Assembly: GCA_965649825.1 (NCBI GenBank)
Contig: OZ287710.1
Coordinates: 186,001-250,000 of the forward strand
Direction: 5' to 3'
Length of the DNA stretch: 64,000 bases
Source: Penicillus capitatus
Taxonomy: Eukaryota > Plantae > Chlorophyta
Part shown: positions 37,387-51,180 of the stretch, in pieces
How the letters are laid out: the number at the start of each line of letters is the position of its first letter
How positions within the stretch are numbered: the stretch's first letter is position 1
Notes under the pieces: model-generated
Told to the model about the DNA's origin: nothing
The model's input: only the letters and a program-made list of their open reading frames with translations
Database searches by the model: none
Program-made: the position numbers and the translations under genes

Positions 37387-40300
37387 ATGCGGACAGAATC
37401 GGGATGTCGGCTGACACGAGAGGAGATATCAGATCTGCTGGATGAAGAAACCAGGACATGGTTGGTCGACTCGAGAACACTGGCAGATGTGTCGGATGAC
37501 CTCGGTGTCGTTGTCAACTGCACACAGAAGAATGACATCATTCTTCTAAGCGTCGAAGACGAGATAAGAGCAGCAGCTCGAATCGTCGTGCCTTGGAACC
37601 TCACTCTGAGCTCAAATGTCACATCAACGAGATCCGCCAATGGCATTTTTCCAAAAGCAGACCGAAAAGTTCGGTTCAGATGTCCACCAAAAGACGGAAT
37701 CTTTCACATCAGGTAAGAGCAATGGGAGCACGCATTTTGTCCGTAACGTGACTGACCGTTAAATGTTTGCAGGTCGCATGGTGTGCTCCTCGCCAATCTG
37801 GTCTTTCGAGGATGTTCGTTGGACACGGCAGACGTGTCCATCATCCAGGTTGATGACTGTATTCCAGACAGTTCTTTGGCGAAGATCAGGTTGCATCATA
37901 TGGCATTCAGACAGAACGCGTTCAACGGATCCAGTGGCCTCTCCGTTTCCCACGCATCGTGTTCCTCTGTGGAAATGGTCGACGTTGTATTCGCAAATAA
38001 CACCTGTGGCGATCAGTGCTTTGCGAAACTGGCACAAGAAAATGATCTGAGAGATCTGAGGCTCCGGAGAAACAAAAGATTGTCTGAAGAAAGCACAGCG
38101 TCCTCGCTGATGACATCTCCAAAGGGATCCTCCACGTCGGTCAGCAATTTGATCGCGGGCTTGAATGAACTCTCTGTTATGCGCATCGTGGAAGGAAGCC
38201 TCGAAATGAGGAATGCCGAGATTGAAACCACAAGCGAGTCCGCTCTCTTACTGGATCACGCACAAGGAGTCGTCATCGCCAACAGCTCGTTCCGTAAAAA
38301 CTCGGCCAGACTCTTTGGAGCTGCGATCTTGTCCAACACTACTGAGAGCCTGTCAATATCCAACTGCAGCTTCACGTCGAACATTGCAGAGAACGGAGGC
38401 GCCATCGCCTCTTTCTACAGCAATCTGTCGATCGACGGCTCCTCTTTCCGAGATAATGTCGCCACAGTGGATGCCGGTTCCCTCCTCGTCTCCAATGGAA
38501 CACTGGAGCTACTCTCCTCCATTTTCCAGAACAACACAGCTTTAGTCAATGGAGGTGCCATCTTCCTCACAACCAGCATCTCATCGAGGTTGTCAGCCGT
38601 GCAATGTCACAACAACACAGCCCGTAATGGTGGCTGCCTGAAGACGTCTGCATCCAGAGATCTCGTTGTCCGTAAGTCCGTGCTGTCGAATAACAGTGCA
38701 GATAACGGAGGTGGCATTTACTACGAAGAAGTCTCGGAGAGCAAGATCGTGAACACAGTTTTCGAAGAGAATGTTGCACGCAGTGCAGGTGGAGGAGTGT
38801 TTCTCGTTGCATCTCCTCAGATGGAACTTCATAACTGCACTCTGAAGAACAACACCGCAACGACGGGTGGAGGCTTCGACTGTTGGGCCTCGGAACGTTT
38901 GGTTGTCCGCCGTTGTACACTCTCTGACAACAGAGTATCCTACAATGGAGGCGGGGCAAGGATTCTGGACAACAGCGGCGTTCGCCTAAAGGATGTTGTC
39001 TGGTTAGCGAACAAAGCCCAAGACGTAGGGGGAGGATTACTTGTCGAGAACTCCAGCTTCGAGTCTCAAAGCTGCCGCTATCTGGCAAACTCGGCCATCC
39101 ACGGAGCTGGTCTGGGTATTGCCGATGGAACGGCAGATGTGGATGGAGATACCTTCATTAGGAACGTGGCCAGAGAAGGTGGAGGAGGTCTGACAACAGT
39201 GCAGTCCATCACCACATTGAATAACTGTGTCACATCACAGAATGTCGCCAGTTATGGCGGCGGATTGCATGTACTGCTCAGTACTGCCACGATTCGTAAT
39301 ATGACCTCCACAGAGAACAGGGCCCAGCGAGATGTTGGAGGAGGATTAGCTTGCCATCAAAGCAAAGCCACGATCTTAGACTCGTCATTTTTGTCCAACA
39401 TTGCCGGTGCTGGAGGCGGCATGAATTTAAGAGCCTGCAACGCGACGGCTCGTAATCTAACTATTCGGAACAACGATGGAGGTCAATCAGGAGGAGGAAT
39501 CAGCTGTTCAGGAAAAACTCGGTTCAACCTGTCCGATTCAGTTTTGCAATCAAACACTGCCAGTGACAGTGGGGGCATTTCTGTTCTTGGCGAGACATCG
39601 GCGCGGTTATCGACTTGCATGATTCAGTCTAACAGTGCTGCAGATGGTGGAGCAATGGGGGTTTACAAAAACAGCACAACTGTTCTCGAGAATTCGATGG
39701 TATCGTCCAATCGTGCTGCGAGAATCGGAGGTGCCGTTCGCCTCCATGAAGGAGAACTGATTATTCATGGCGGATCAGTCGCAAACAATGAAGCGGCAGA
39801 GAAAGGCGGCTTTCTATATGGCACTGCATCCAGTATCTTCTCAGCAACAAATAGCTCTCTCCGCGACAACAGAGCTGGCACTGGAGGCTGTCTGTACATT
39901 CAAAGACAGTCACGAATGTCCTTTCATAACAGTGTCGTCAAGAACAATGAAGCAACGGAAGACGGAGGAGCTGCTTTCTTTGAGGATTCGGAGATGATTG
40001 CAAATGCCAGTATTTTTCGAGGAAACAAGGGCATTGTTGGAGGATCCGTTTCGATGAAGAATTCTAGTCTGCAACTGACAAAGTCCGATTTTGCAGATAA
40101 CAAGGCGACACTTGCTGGAGGATCGATAGCAGCGAAGACAAACAACTCGTTGATCATGTTGGACACATCCTTTTCAAACGACAAAGCAGAGAGTGGCGGG
40201 AGTATTTGGCTCTCTGGATCCAATCTCACGGCTGATGGACTCAGGATGACTGGATGCACAGCCAATGAAACGGGTGGAGGCATCCTGGCGAATGCTTCTT

Positions 40301-43183
40301 CCATCTTTCTGTGCTCCGGGTGCAATTTCAAGAAGAATGGCGCAGAAGAACACGGAGGAGCAATTGCTTTTGATTCCTCCGAGCCCCAGTCTTTGGCTCT
40401 GCAACTGAACAACTGTACCTTTGATAAAAACAGTGCCAGTTATGGAGGTGCGGCTCTGGTCTGACAAAGAGCAATTCTCGATGTTGTTGTTATAGGTGCG
40501 GTGCATGTTTCTACGCAACGCCAACCACAAGGGTGTACGCAATCGGATGCCTCTTGCACCTTTGTGGCGTCAACAGGCAACAGCTTCACAGAAAACCGAG
40601 CAAAGACAGCCGGAGGTGCTGTTTTTACAAGGGATCCCAACGTGCTTCGCTATTCTTGCTCGCCTAAGGACACAGCAGTCCCTCCAAAAGTGTACACAAC
40701 AGAGAGACTTGAGAAATTGGATTCGCTGGAATCTGCACAGGATACATGTCCAGAATGGCATGCAAACCAGGCTGATCTATACGGTCCAGACATTGCCTCT
40801 TATGCCAGATCCGTTAGGGGATTTGCCATCGGCGCTGGTCAGACCAATCGTGAAAGACCCATCATAAACAACGAGCTTGTTGCCAGACATCACCGCAGTG
40901 GCGACCCGCTTCCAGTGCTCCTTGTCGAAGTTCTGGACCAGTATGGACAAAGTCCTGCTCTCGGGGAAGGCTATGCATTTGTGCAGACGACCATGTATTC
41001 TCCAAACGATCTCTTTTCTGGAGAGGTGAACATGCCAGTGAACGAGACACGGAAGACCTTTCCGCCAATCGCGGGATTGCAACGTCCAGGTCGATACGAG
41101 CTCCGCATCGACTTCAGTGAATCTGGGCTGGAGTCACTCACCGTCGAGGTCGATGTTCGAGACTGTCAGCTTGGAGAATTTTCCCAAGAAGATGGGATGC
41201 TTTGTGTTCTCTGCAGTGGATCGCAGTACAACTTCGATCCAGATTCATCCACGTGTCGGTCTTGTCCAGAGAACGGGAACTGTACCACGCATGTCATCCA
41301 CCCAAACAGCGGCTACTGGCATCGAACCCCCTGTTCAGAACATGTGCAGCGATGTGTTTCGCGCGATGCGTGTGATTTCGGTGACCGAGAAGATGACTTG
41401 AACACATTGACGCGTGAAATGCACACCTGCAAGATTAGCGAGACGTTGGATAGGGACTATTCTGAAGCTCAGTGCAAAAAGGTGATCTTCTTTTAAACAC
41501 ATTAAATGCCAAGACTGTTGCTTCAGGGATATACGGGTTTGTTATGTGGTGCCTGTGATGCTGGGTATGGACGTTCTTGGTCGTTTGAATGCGTTGAATG
41601 CTACCATGGTTTAGCAACGACGATGCTTCTTGTGGCTTCTCTCTTTATGTTGTTTCTTCTCTCCAGCTTCACCATTCGAAGCAACCTGAATACGACGAAC
41701 TCGGACAGCAGACATGGCTCAACGAATCGAATCAGTCGAAGAAATCGACGCCTCGTCCCTTCGAAGAAAAGAATATCGAAAGACGTTCCAGGAGACTTCG
41801 AAATGATGGAGACGATGGATAGAGAGGACGTGCCAGAAGTTGCCCGTCCAGATCCGCCTGCATCTGCATCGAAGTCTGATCCGACCGTTGCAAAACAGAC
41901 GGTCGTCGAGATATTCAAGGCAAACCCTTTCTCTTGCATACCGTCCATTGCCAGACCTGTGCTGTGTAATAGATCAGCATCAATTTCCTTCAGGTCATCG
42001 CTGCGGCTGCAATCATCAATGTGAACTGGACGAGTTGGATGCGTTCTTTGCTCTTCACAGCAGGTGCTTTCGTGTCTCCTGAGTTTGTCGTGTTGACTGT
42101 ATCGTGTTGGCAGACTTTCTGAGTGGAGCTGCTGATGCAGGACTCGCAGTCTCTGTTGATTGCCTGTTTGATGCGCAGAACGATCCTCACAGATCCGTCA
42201 TGAGGTCTGTCATTCACATTCTCATTCCTTTGGGCGTGTTGGTCTGCTATATTATCTTTTGGATCTTCTTGACTCGGAAGTACGACGAGAACACATGGTA
42301 TTTTGCAAAAAGGCTGCTGCTCAGTTTCTTGGCCGTTGTTTACCTGACTTACGTATCCATCACCAAGACAGCTGTCAACTCGCTTCACTGTATTAAAGTC
42401 TACGATGCCACAGATTTGGACAATGATCATACGGATGCGTATTGGGCACTGGATACTTCCCTGAAATGTTATGAGGGTTCTCATGCTGTTCTTGCTTTGA
42501 CTGTCGGCTGGCCAGTCCTCATCATCTTTTCTTTCGGGCTACCGATCACTTTGGCATACGTCCTGATCAGGCAACGATCTCAGGAACCTGGTCAGAATCC
42601 ATGGCTCGTCGATGCCACTGGGTTCCTGTACCGTGCTTATAAGGAGCGCTTTATTTTCTGGGAATCTATTATCATGCTTAGAAAAGCAATCCTCACCGTC
42701 GTCGTTGCGTTTTCTTATCCGTTAGGAACCAACATACAAGGAATCTTGGCTATTTCTATTCTGGCATTCGCTATCTATATCCATGTTACCTGTCGGCCCT
42801 TTGATAAGCCCTTTGGCTTCTTGAATGCCTTTGAGTCAGCATCTTTGATCGTTTCGCAGCTGACCTTTACCTCTGGCTTGTTCTTTAATGATCATCGTAC
42901 CTCTGGTGCTGTCAAGATTCTCCTCACACTTTTGTTGTCTATGGCAATCTGCGGACTCTTTCTTGCTTTGTTCTATGCTTTCATTAAATTCGCAGATATC
43001 TATCTGAAAGCTGTCCTTGAAGACGAAGGAATGGAAAATGTTCAAGATTGGGGTACCCTCCGTGTTTTCAGGGTTTTTCTTTTGACGCGTATGATGCAGT
43101 GCTTTCGATGCTTGTATCGCGAACGGAAGGACAAGCCTTCGAATCAGCCGCATCATCCACCAGGTGCTTCTACCAGTGTGTGA
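37387..43183 (+). CDS. Large receptor-like protein: GGA(I/V)/FxxN parallel beta-helix (Pmp-like) repeats, Cys-rich region, about 7 TM C-terminus; 5' end uncertain
   Basis: 893-codon exon of NxAxxGG(A/G) repeats; CPENGNC..GYW and C..GYTGLLCGACDAGYG; hydrophobic helices in 41600-43000; GC-AG intron 41920-41972 gives EIFK|ISINFLQV. Confidence 0.85.
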
Positions 43184-44388
43184 ATCTTCCACATTCGCTT
43201 CAGTGACGAGATTTTTTTTTCACTGAACAAGCAGTGTGTATTTTTTCTTCTTTTTCTTAAACTGCAAATCAAAGAGGCGTCAACTGAATCGCCCATTGCA
43301 TGCTTCAGCCTACATCTTAATTTTTGAAACGTATCTCACGAGTGTCTCTTTTTGCTGTGTCGATGAGTCCTACCAATTTTTGACTCTTGTCGGAATGTCT
43401 AGACGGTTCGGTATTCACACTACCTTTTGAACATGCGGATGATTGAGAAAGAACACCAATTGAATGGCTTGCACAAACCATGTAGAGCTTTGAAACATGT
43501 TTTTACCCTTGCTGGGTATTCTCCCACATTTATCATCCTCCAAAAACGAACGATTGGTTTGAAGATAATCTCTTAACAACAGAGAGTATCTGCTGAAAAG
43601 CACAGTCGCTTTTGTGAATGGCATCGCCTTTTTGGAATGTGTTAGATCTTGTAGCTTCTGCTTTTTTCTATCATGCTTCCGAAGTCTCACGAGTTTCACA
43701 ACAGTTTGTGCGAATCAAGCAGTCTACTTGGTACTGATGAATGTCTTTTTGTCGCTGCAGTGGATGATGAAACATCCAGCTGTAATCAAGCCTTGATTTG
43801 ACGAATACGACGCGTCCCCCCGCCGACGTTCGATCAATCGCGGTCCTGATGCATTGAAGTGCACATTCGAATGCGTGGTTCAGTCATCGCAGCATTCTGG
43901 GTAAAGGAATACGGCTATAGACATTGAATGATCATTTGGACACTCTCTGAACAATGAATTTCCGAAATCAAGAAACGGTGTCCGTATCCAAAGATGAAAT
44001 CGTCTGCTCCGCGTAGCACTGGCTTTCTCATTCCTCCAAAGAGAATGCAGGTGGGATTTCAGATGAGATAATCAAAGGCTTTCACTTGATGATATTGAAA
44101 TAAGTATAATAACCGAAAAATCAAATACAGCGCAGACACTGTGCGTCACGCCACACGCCACTTCAAAAAGACACACTTGTATGTTACCTCACCAAGTGGA
44201 ACACTCTGAGCAGCAAAGAACTCCTGGAACTTCACTGCAACACGAGGAAAGACGGATGCAAACAAGTTAAATGGGCGAGAGGTGCAGCGGATGACACAAT
44301 GGACTGTCGATAAGAGCTTTTCTGCATCGTCGACGGGGAGATGAAGGAGGTTAGACGCATTGATATATCACCAGGCAAGGTTTAGAAT

Positions 44389-47300
44389 TTAAAAATTAAA
44401 TCTTTGGCTGTAAACAGCACCCAGTCCTCTGAACAAGGATACTTGTACATCTGGATCTAGCGCATTCATGGATTCGGGCGAAGAGCCAAAAAGCTGACGG
44501 GCCACCTCGACAGCAGCGATCTGAACAGACGAAGGCAAACTGTCATCGATCGTACACAGCACAGCTCTTGTGAATTCTTTCGCAGCCATCAACGTATCTT
44601 TGAACGTTCGATATCCTCCAGCAGGATACTCAAGATGTCGCTCTGCTTCAAAGATCGCCAGGATAAGCTCCAAGAGTGCAAGAGTGGTCTGATTGGTGGC
44701 AAGGGAGGTGAAGGAATACGAATTGCGCTCGTTATAGATCTTCATCGCACATGCATGCATCGCATTATAAATGTGCTGTTGGCCTGGAGAAGACACCCAG
44801 TCCTTGAAGAGCGTGAAATGTGGCGTGGCTCACCAAGGATGTCATGAAGGACACAGAGACCTGGTGTGAGGTTCATTGAAGAAGAGGAACGGAAAGTGTC
44901 GATGTCAATGCGCTCCAGGCATATTAAGAAATGCTCAAATACAACAGCAGACAGCTCCCAGAACTGATCTCCGTCAGCAAATCGCAGGTTTCTCCATATG
45001 GCATCGAGCAAGTAATCCCTGCAGAAGAGCGTGACTTCAATCATCGCCGTTTCTTTATCAGAGAGAGCATCGGCGTAGTGCAGCAGAGAATTAATCATTC
45101 GAATCGTGCTGATGGTGCATGTGTAGTTGCCAATAGGAGCCTCAATTGACGTCAGTTGAGAGTGCAGATAGTACCTGCTGTCCAAAGTGCATCGATTTAT
45201 CCACAAGCATAGATTGTTACCGATTGACGCGGCGTTCATCGTCCGGCTTGGCAAAGAGGCCAGTACACTTTAGGTTTCTCAGCAGAATCTCGGCAATGCC
45301 TGGACATCTAGCCAGTCCTGCGAGGGCCTCGCAGCATCCAGCCTGCCAAACAAATCATCACTCATTGGATGTGTGAGAATGCAGACTTTGAGTTCTGGAG
45401 GCACAGGTTTGCAGAATATGAACAGAATAATGTGCATCAGTTTTTCGTTTCGCAGAATGGCTCTGAATTCAACATCCACTTGACTGATCCTGTTTGCCAC
45501 CAGAGCAGGCGCTCCTTCTTGGAAGAGCTTGCCAAGTAGACGCATGTAGGCAGCAAAGCCTTCGAATTCGTCTGGACTGACACTATGACGGCTCGTGCCT
45601 GAGGATTTGATGAGGGCATCACAGAGACTCATGAGGCTGCCCAAGATAAAATCCCAGGAGATGTATTTGTAGCCATCTTTCGGGACAGAAAACTGATTCC
45701 TGGATCCGGCCACAAACTGATGGAAGATTCGTTCGACTCCTGCTTCGCCCGTTGCCAAGGAGTGAATCACCTTCAGAAACGTCCTCATCACCTAAGTGCA
45801 TCCCAATTCAACGGACAACACAAAAAAGCTGAACAGCTGGATTCACGTGGACAGAACGCTGAAGGAGTTGGGATTCTGGTATCCAAGCGAGGAACTCTGA
45901 AGCGTTTTCGGCGTGGGGCATGATGATCACATCGGGGCATCTCTGAAGCACTAGTGCCAGGCATTCCATCAACGAACAGTAGTCGTCTCCATTCTGCTCA
46001 GGCGATCCGTTTTCGATCAAATGGATCGTGTTTCGATGCAGCAGATGGTTTGACCGCAGCAACGCTCTAGAACAATACCCAGTCTGTCTGTGGTGACTGT
46101 GTGAAGGAATGGGCATACTTGGCTTCCATGTCGAAAAACATGATAAGCAGTCGACATAGGACTTCCAAACAAAGACCTTGGTCCTTTGTGCTGAAATTTT
46201 GGAGGAAGATTCGGTCCGTCAGGATTTGAGACAGGGCACGGAATACACCAACTTTGAGGCAGACTTCAAGCTTTCCTTTATACTCTTCTCTCCGTTCCCG
46301 GTTATAACGTATCTGAAGCAAGGCATAGCCAAACTGCAGCACCAATCTCATTGGATCCTTGATATCTGGCGTCCCTACAAGTGCAATGGCTATGAAAATG
46401 AAATAAGATCAGATACGTGCAGTGAAAGTAATCGGCCAACGCTGCAGATTGTGATAATCCTCGGGCCAATCGCTCCAAGAGAGACTCGTCTGTGTTCTCA
46501 TCCGCTCGGACATCCGATTCCTCTGGCAGGAATGCCTGCAAGGTGGCAAACATGGTGACCCGTGCACTTTCCCAGAATGCCTCCGATGCATCTCCTACGT
46601 ACACACGTTTCAGTTCTCTTGCATAACGGTCTCTTCTCAGGACGTGTTTTGATGAACGATGCAGCATCGAATACGGGAAGCAGATTCTCCATCGCCGTCA
46701 AGGAGATACGCGGTTTCAGTCGAAGGGCATAGAGCAAACACACGGAGAGGAGATATCGGTTGTCGGATCGCTGAAACACAGCAGGCATCGACAGCAAGGG
46801 CTGGAAGATGTCACACATCTCACAGTCGAGAATTGCATAAGCACATCGATACCTTGAGTTGTTGAACGAGCAGTCCGATCAGGCCCATCCCCTCCGGCGT
46901 CGAATACGTCAGAAGGCGTTGATTGATACGTCGACTCAGCGCTTTCCCTGGATGTTCCTCCGGTTGGCGCGCGTCTATTTCGAGAGTACTCCAGAGAAAG
47001 GAGAGGACTGACGCCTCGCCTTCGCCGAGATAAGGCACCTGAGAGTATCGTTTATTGGAAAGGATCTAGAATGTGCGACCAGACCTGCAGATCATTGGCG
47101 CGGAAGACGGCAGTGACGAAATTTCGAAGAGTGTCGTCGCCGGGCATGATGGCCAGCAAAAACGATCGCAACGACGTAATGCTTCAAGATTACATCAATG
47201 ATGCCGGGCTTAGGAAGTCTCTGTACAGACAGACACTGGCTGTGACAAATACTTCGCTTTTATGACGAGCGGCCAGCCTTTGCTGGTCCCGGAGGGAGTT
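44389..47300 (-). CDS. NUP205: Nucleoporin Nup205/Nup192-like, N-terminal half only (truncated or decaying); start uncertain
   Basis: HWTPDIKDPMRLVLQFG, FLKVIHSLATG, YISWDFIL, PVPPELK|AG..EALAGLA, IEAPIGNYTCTIS, DQFWELSAVVFEHF are colinear with Nup205; in-frame stops at 44389 and 44368. Confidence 0.7.
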
Positions 47301-47547
47301 TGGACACATTGATCACACGTAGATACAGGAATTCTGTGATCAACGAGAGGAAAAGAACACATTCATCCACACTACTTGACCAAACAGCTACACACCCCAC
47401 ATTCTTAAGTATCGAAGAAAAAACACAAGATTCTTAGAATTAAAGATGCACAAGAAATGACATACCCACACTAATCACAGTTCCTACTAACCCGTCCCTT
47501 CAGGAGGAAAGAGGTAATTATCCTTGGGGAACGTGTGTATGCTGACA

Positions 47548-48703
47548 CTAAACGTTATTTAGCATCTCTATCTCCTCTAGCTTGTCCTCGGTTGTGGCTA
47601 CTGGTCTGTACACATGTTTTTCATTATTCACATTGTCCGAAGGAAAGTTGATTCCAACAAAACCAACAAAGATAAGGGCCGATCCTAAGCAGATCAACAG
47701 CATAGCTAGAGGATTGGACATCCAGGTAGGTTGGGAGAAAACAGCGTCGATAATGAGCGCTATTGGCCATTGTAGTGAAAGACCTACGGTTGCGATCGTT
47801 GGTCCGATCAACAACACAGCTCGAATCCACAGCAGGTCAGAGAGAAGGTTGTCAAAAAATCCCTTAGCCAAAATCAGCAGAACCTGATAAAGACTTAGGT
47901 CAATCTGAATAATCTTGAAGCAGAGAAAGAATGCCCCGATGCACGAAAAAAGTAAAAGTTGCACAACGCCCACATACCCGAAAAACAAAAGCATGTCAGG
48001 TTTTGAACCTGCCGGTAGCCATTTCGACATCATAATAGAGTAACAAGCATATAGCATAGCAGACACGACGACGATACCATCGCCTACTAAAGGATGCTCA
48101 TTTGGGCTCTCTCCGTGAACGTCCGAAAGGGACACTAACACAGTTCCTAGACAGCACACACATCATTTAGGCATCTGTTCAAGAGAACAAGAGACGTTTA
48201 TTGCGTTACCTGCAAAGCACATTGCTAAGCTGACAACTTTGTACCAATAAAACGTTTCTTTAAGAAAAACTAAACTCAGAATGAAAGTGAAGATAGATCC
48301 AGTTGAACTCAGAATGGTATTCGATGAAACAGATGTCAAAGCTAACGACCAGTTAAACGTGCATTGTCCGGCCCACAAAAACGGTGCAACCTGAACACCA
48401 CAGAATGTAAGCATGACTGTCAATATGCTGTGTGGCGGCGGATACTGAGGCAGCGCTTGTGAAGATGTGCCAGTCTGAAAGGGTGGTCTTGGACTTTTCG
48501 TTCGGAGGAAAGAACCGTCGTCGGAGATATGAAAGCGGAAGGAGTAAAACAAACAGGGAATTTGCCAAGAGGGAGATAACGAATGGAGACACGGGCTTGT
48601 GCGTCTCGAGGTCCTGTACAACGAAAGACGACGTAATCCAGATAATTGCGACGCAGACGACAAGTCCGGTGCCAACCAAACGTTGCGAGACGCCGGTATC
48701 CAT
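47548..48703 (-). CDS. SLC35F/Thi74-like DMT-superfamily transporter, 3 exons
   Basis: VAIIWITSSFVVQ, FNWSLALTSVSSNTILSSTGSIFT, LVGDG, DNLLSDLLWIRAVLL...ATVGLSLQWP. Intron 48391-48445. Confidence 0.9.
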
Positions 48704-48999
48704 GCTTCGAGAAGGACGAAAAGACCAGAGGACAGATAGGGTTTACAAGACGGTGATGCGACATTAAAGACCAATGTGGCTGACGGAACGATTCTGAAAG
48801 CGCCACGAGGCACAAGGGGTTCGTTATCCGTCGTTCAAAGGCTGTGCGTAATGCTGTCTGAAAAATGGTAAGGATCTCGGAATGAAGACGACAACAATTT
48901 GGTCAGTGCGTTTTGCTAAATCTGTACGGCATTCTCTGTCCGGACAGTGGGAAGGGAGGGTTGGACGCTGACGATCCTAACACGTTTTCAATCCTTGCC

Positions 49000-51180
49000 T
49001 AGTCTGGATACATTATGTATAGCGTTGTGGGGATTAAATGCAAACGAAAAAGTTTTACTGCATTTCCTGATCGCATAAAGTAATAATACTGTTGCTTTCT
49101 AAGTGAGATCTCTGACAACTGTGGTATTCAACTGCGCTGTTTTCCGTGGTGGTCTTCTTTCGATTAATGATGCAGACGGCAACTGTATCCACTCCTCAAG
49201 ACTGCATGCAGTATTGTGTGGTGTAGAATTCATCAAACAAGGAGAGTCACTGCGTTCGTGCACTGTCCGGTTCGAAGTGACGAATCTGTAAAAACCGTTT
49301 TGAATTTTATGTTCAATTCCCTCTACCGAACTCTTGTAACAGTTTCTCGTCGGCCTTCTGACAGTCTGTCATAGAGCGATCTGTTGCTTTCTATGACAAA
49401 GGCCATTTGCAACATGCCGAGAAATAAGATTCTGCTGTTTAATGTGTGTGCTTAATGGAAGGAATGCTCGTGGTTACGTAAAGCGTATCGACCATTGTCG
49501 TCTGATTTTTAAGATGGTTTGTTGGAGTTACTTGTCTGTGACCAATGTTCAAAAACCGTTGGATAATCTTACAAGAACTTCATCTACCCTTTATTTGCAT
49601 TCACCTAATGTTTTACCGCCGTTTATTATTTCCAACGCTGGTGGATACGCTGTTTACATCCGACGCATGAGGTCAAACGTAGTCACCGTTCCGTTATCGA
49701 ACCGTAGAACCACTTTACGCTGCATAACATAATGCGCCTGTTCTCTAACAAGTCGTCAGTATCCGTTTGAACGCAAGGAGCTTTTATTTGAGGTAGAGAT
49801 GAACGAGAGAGTCTTCGTTTTTGAACTCCTAAACAGTTAGTTACTCAAGCGATTGATTTATCTGCTATACCTGTTTATTGCCTTTAGTTATTGTCGGCAA
49901 ACAGTAGGTCGATGGAAGTTCACACCTGTTTCGCTATTCGTGGCAATTGTTGCATGCAACGGTGAAATATCATCGGGCATATGTAGCAGGATGTCACTGT
50001 GGTCTTCGATTCATTTGGAAAATCTTCTAAACAAACCGAGACTTTCAATTATTCTCAAAGACGGCTGATCTTTGAGCGCATCCACGTCGACAGAACAATG
50101 CTGTTTTCTTCCGTACACGAACAAACATATCTATTCTTAAGGACATATGCCTGCAAGACCCGTCTTTGAAAGCAGGAAATGCCATGCTATGTGCCGGGCG
50201 AGTTCATCTTTGCATTGTTCTGCTAGCACCATCTTCCTTAACGTCAACCGCACTGGCTTTGAACGATCGTTTGTTATTATCAACACGATATAACTCTGCT
50301 GGATTTCTGTTCTCGAATCGATACCGTTAACTCGAACCCTTTTGATGTGCTTTCCACAAATAATCTGAGCTTAACAAAGCAACTGCTAACTTTCTCAAAA
50401 CACTCATAGCTAATATCTACTATGTCTAGCTCAATGTCCGGTGTCGCGGAGGCCTTTATAACAAAATAACGTCTACGAGAACTGTTTTGACAATGAAATT
50501 CTAGCTCGACAATCGATTGCCAATTCTTTTCTTCCATGAATTTGTAGCCAAGAATAAGAGCCAGTCTTTTTCTGGTAAGTACAAACGCGTCGATACGACG
50601 CCTCCCTTCGACGGTTGCTTTGAGGTTACCTCTTTCCCACATGAAGTGCAGATGTCCTGTTGCGAAGTGTGACAAATTCATCGACAAAGCTTCACATCCT
50701 TTTTTGACCCTAAAGCCTTAATTATCCTTAACTGTTTCATGGTCTGTTCTCAGGTTTTCGATCGCGATCGTTGTTTAACGATCGATCGCGTGCTCTTGAA
50801 CGCGCCAGAAGTACTCAACAGCTCCACCAAGTGCCTGGTGCATGAAGCCATTCGTCGCTCTTGTGTCTACAAGCGTAATTTAGGGTTCCGTCTTAGCTCG
50901 ACTATAAGATGCATGTTCACCTTCGACAGAGGATAAACACTCGAACAAAACAAAGGGCTCAACACTTTTTCGCGCGTTCATTATACCCCGATTCCTTCAA
51001 TAACCATGCACAGACCATCATGATCATCTGATGTATCGTCACGACGAGGTTTTTGTTGAGGGGACATCGGCATCGAACAAAAAATTCATCTGCGTCACTG
51101 CCAGAAGGTCCTCCTCCGCGATTGCCGTATGAGGTGGCCTTCTCCAAATTGCGATCTCTTTCGTTTAATGACACGAATCG
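49000..51180 (-). mobile_element. Highly decayed Ty3/gypsy LTR retrotransposon pol region (protease then RT)
   Basis: AFVLTRKRLALILGYKFMEEKNW resembles the gypsy protease F.V....DVILG..WL...N. Downstream TDDLLENRRI and LNIGHRQV resemble RT N-terminal motifs. Many stops and frameshifts; no LTRs identified. Confidence 0.45.

Noticed and set aside
47100-47260. Apparent frameshift near the Nup205 5' end
   Set aside because: A 45-nt GTACAG..TTGAAG intron in the right phase resolves it.
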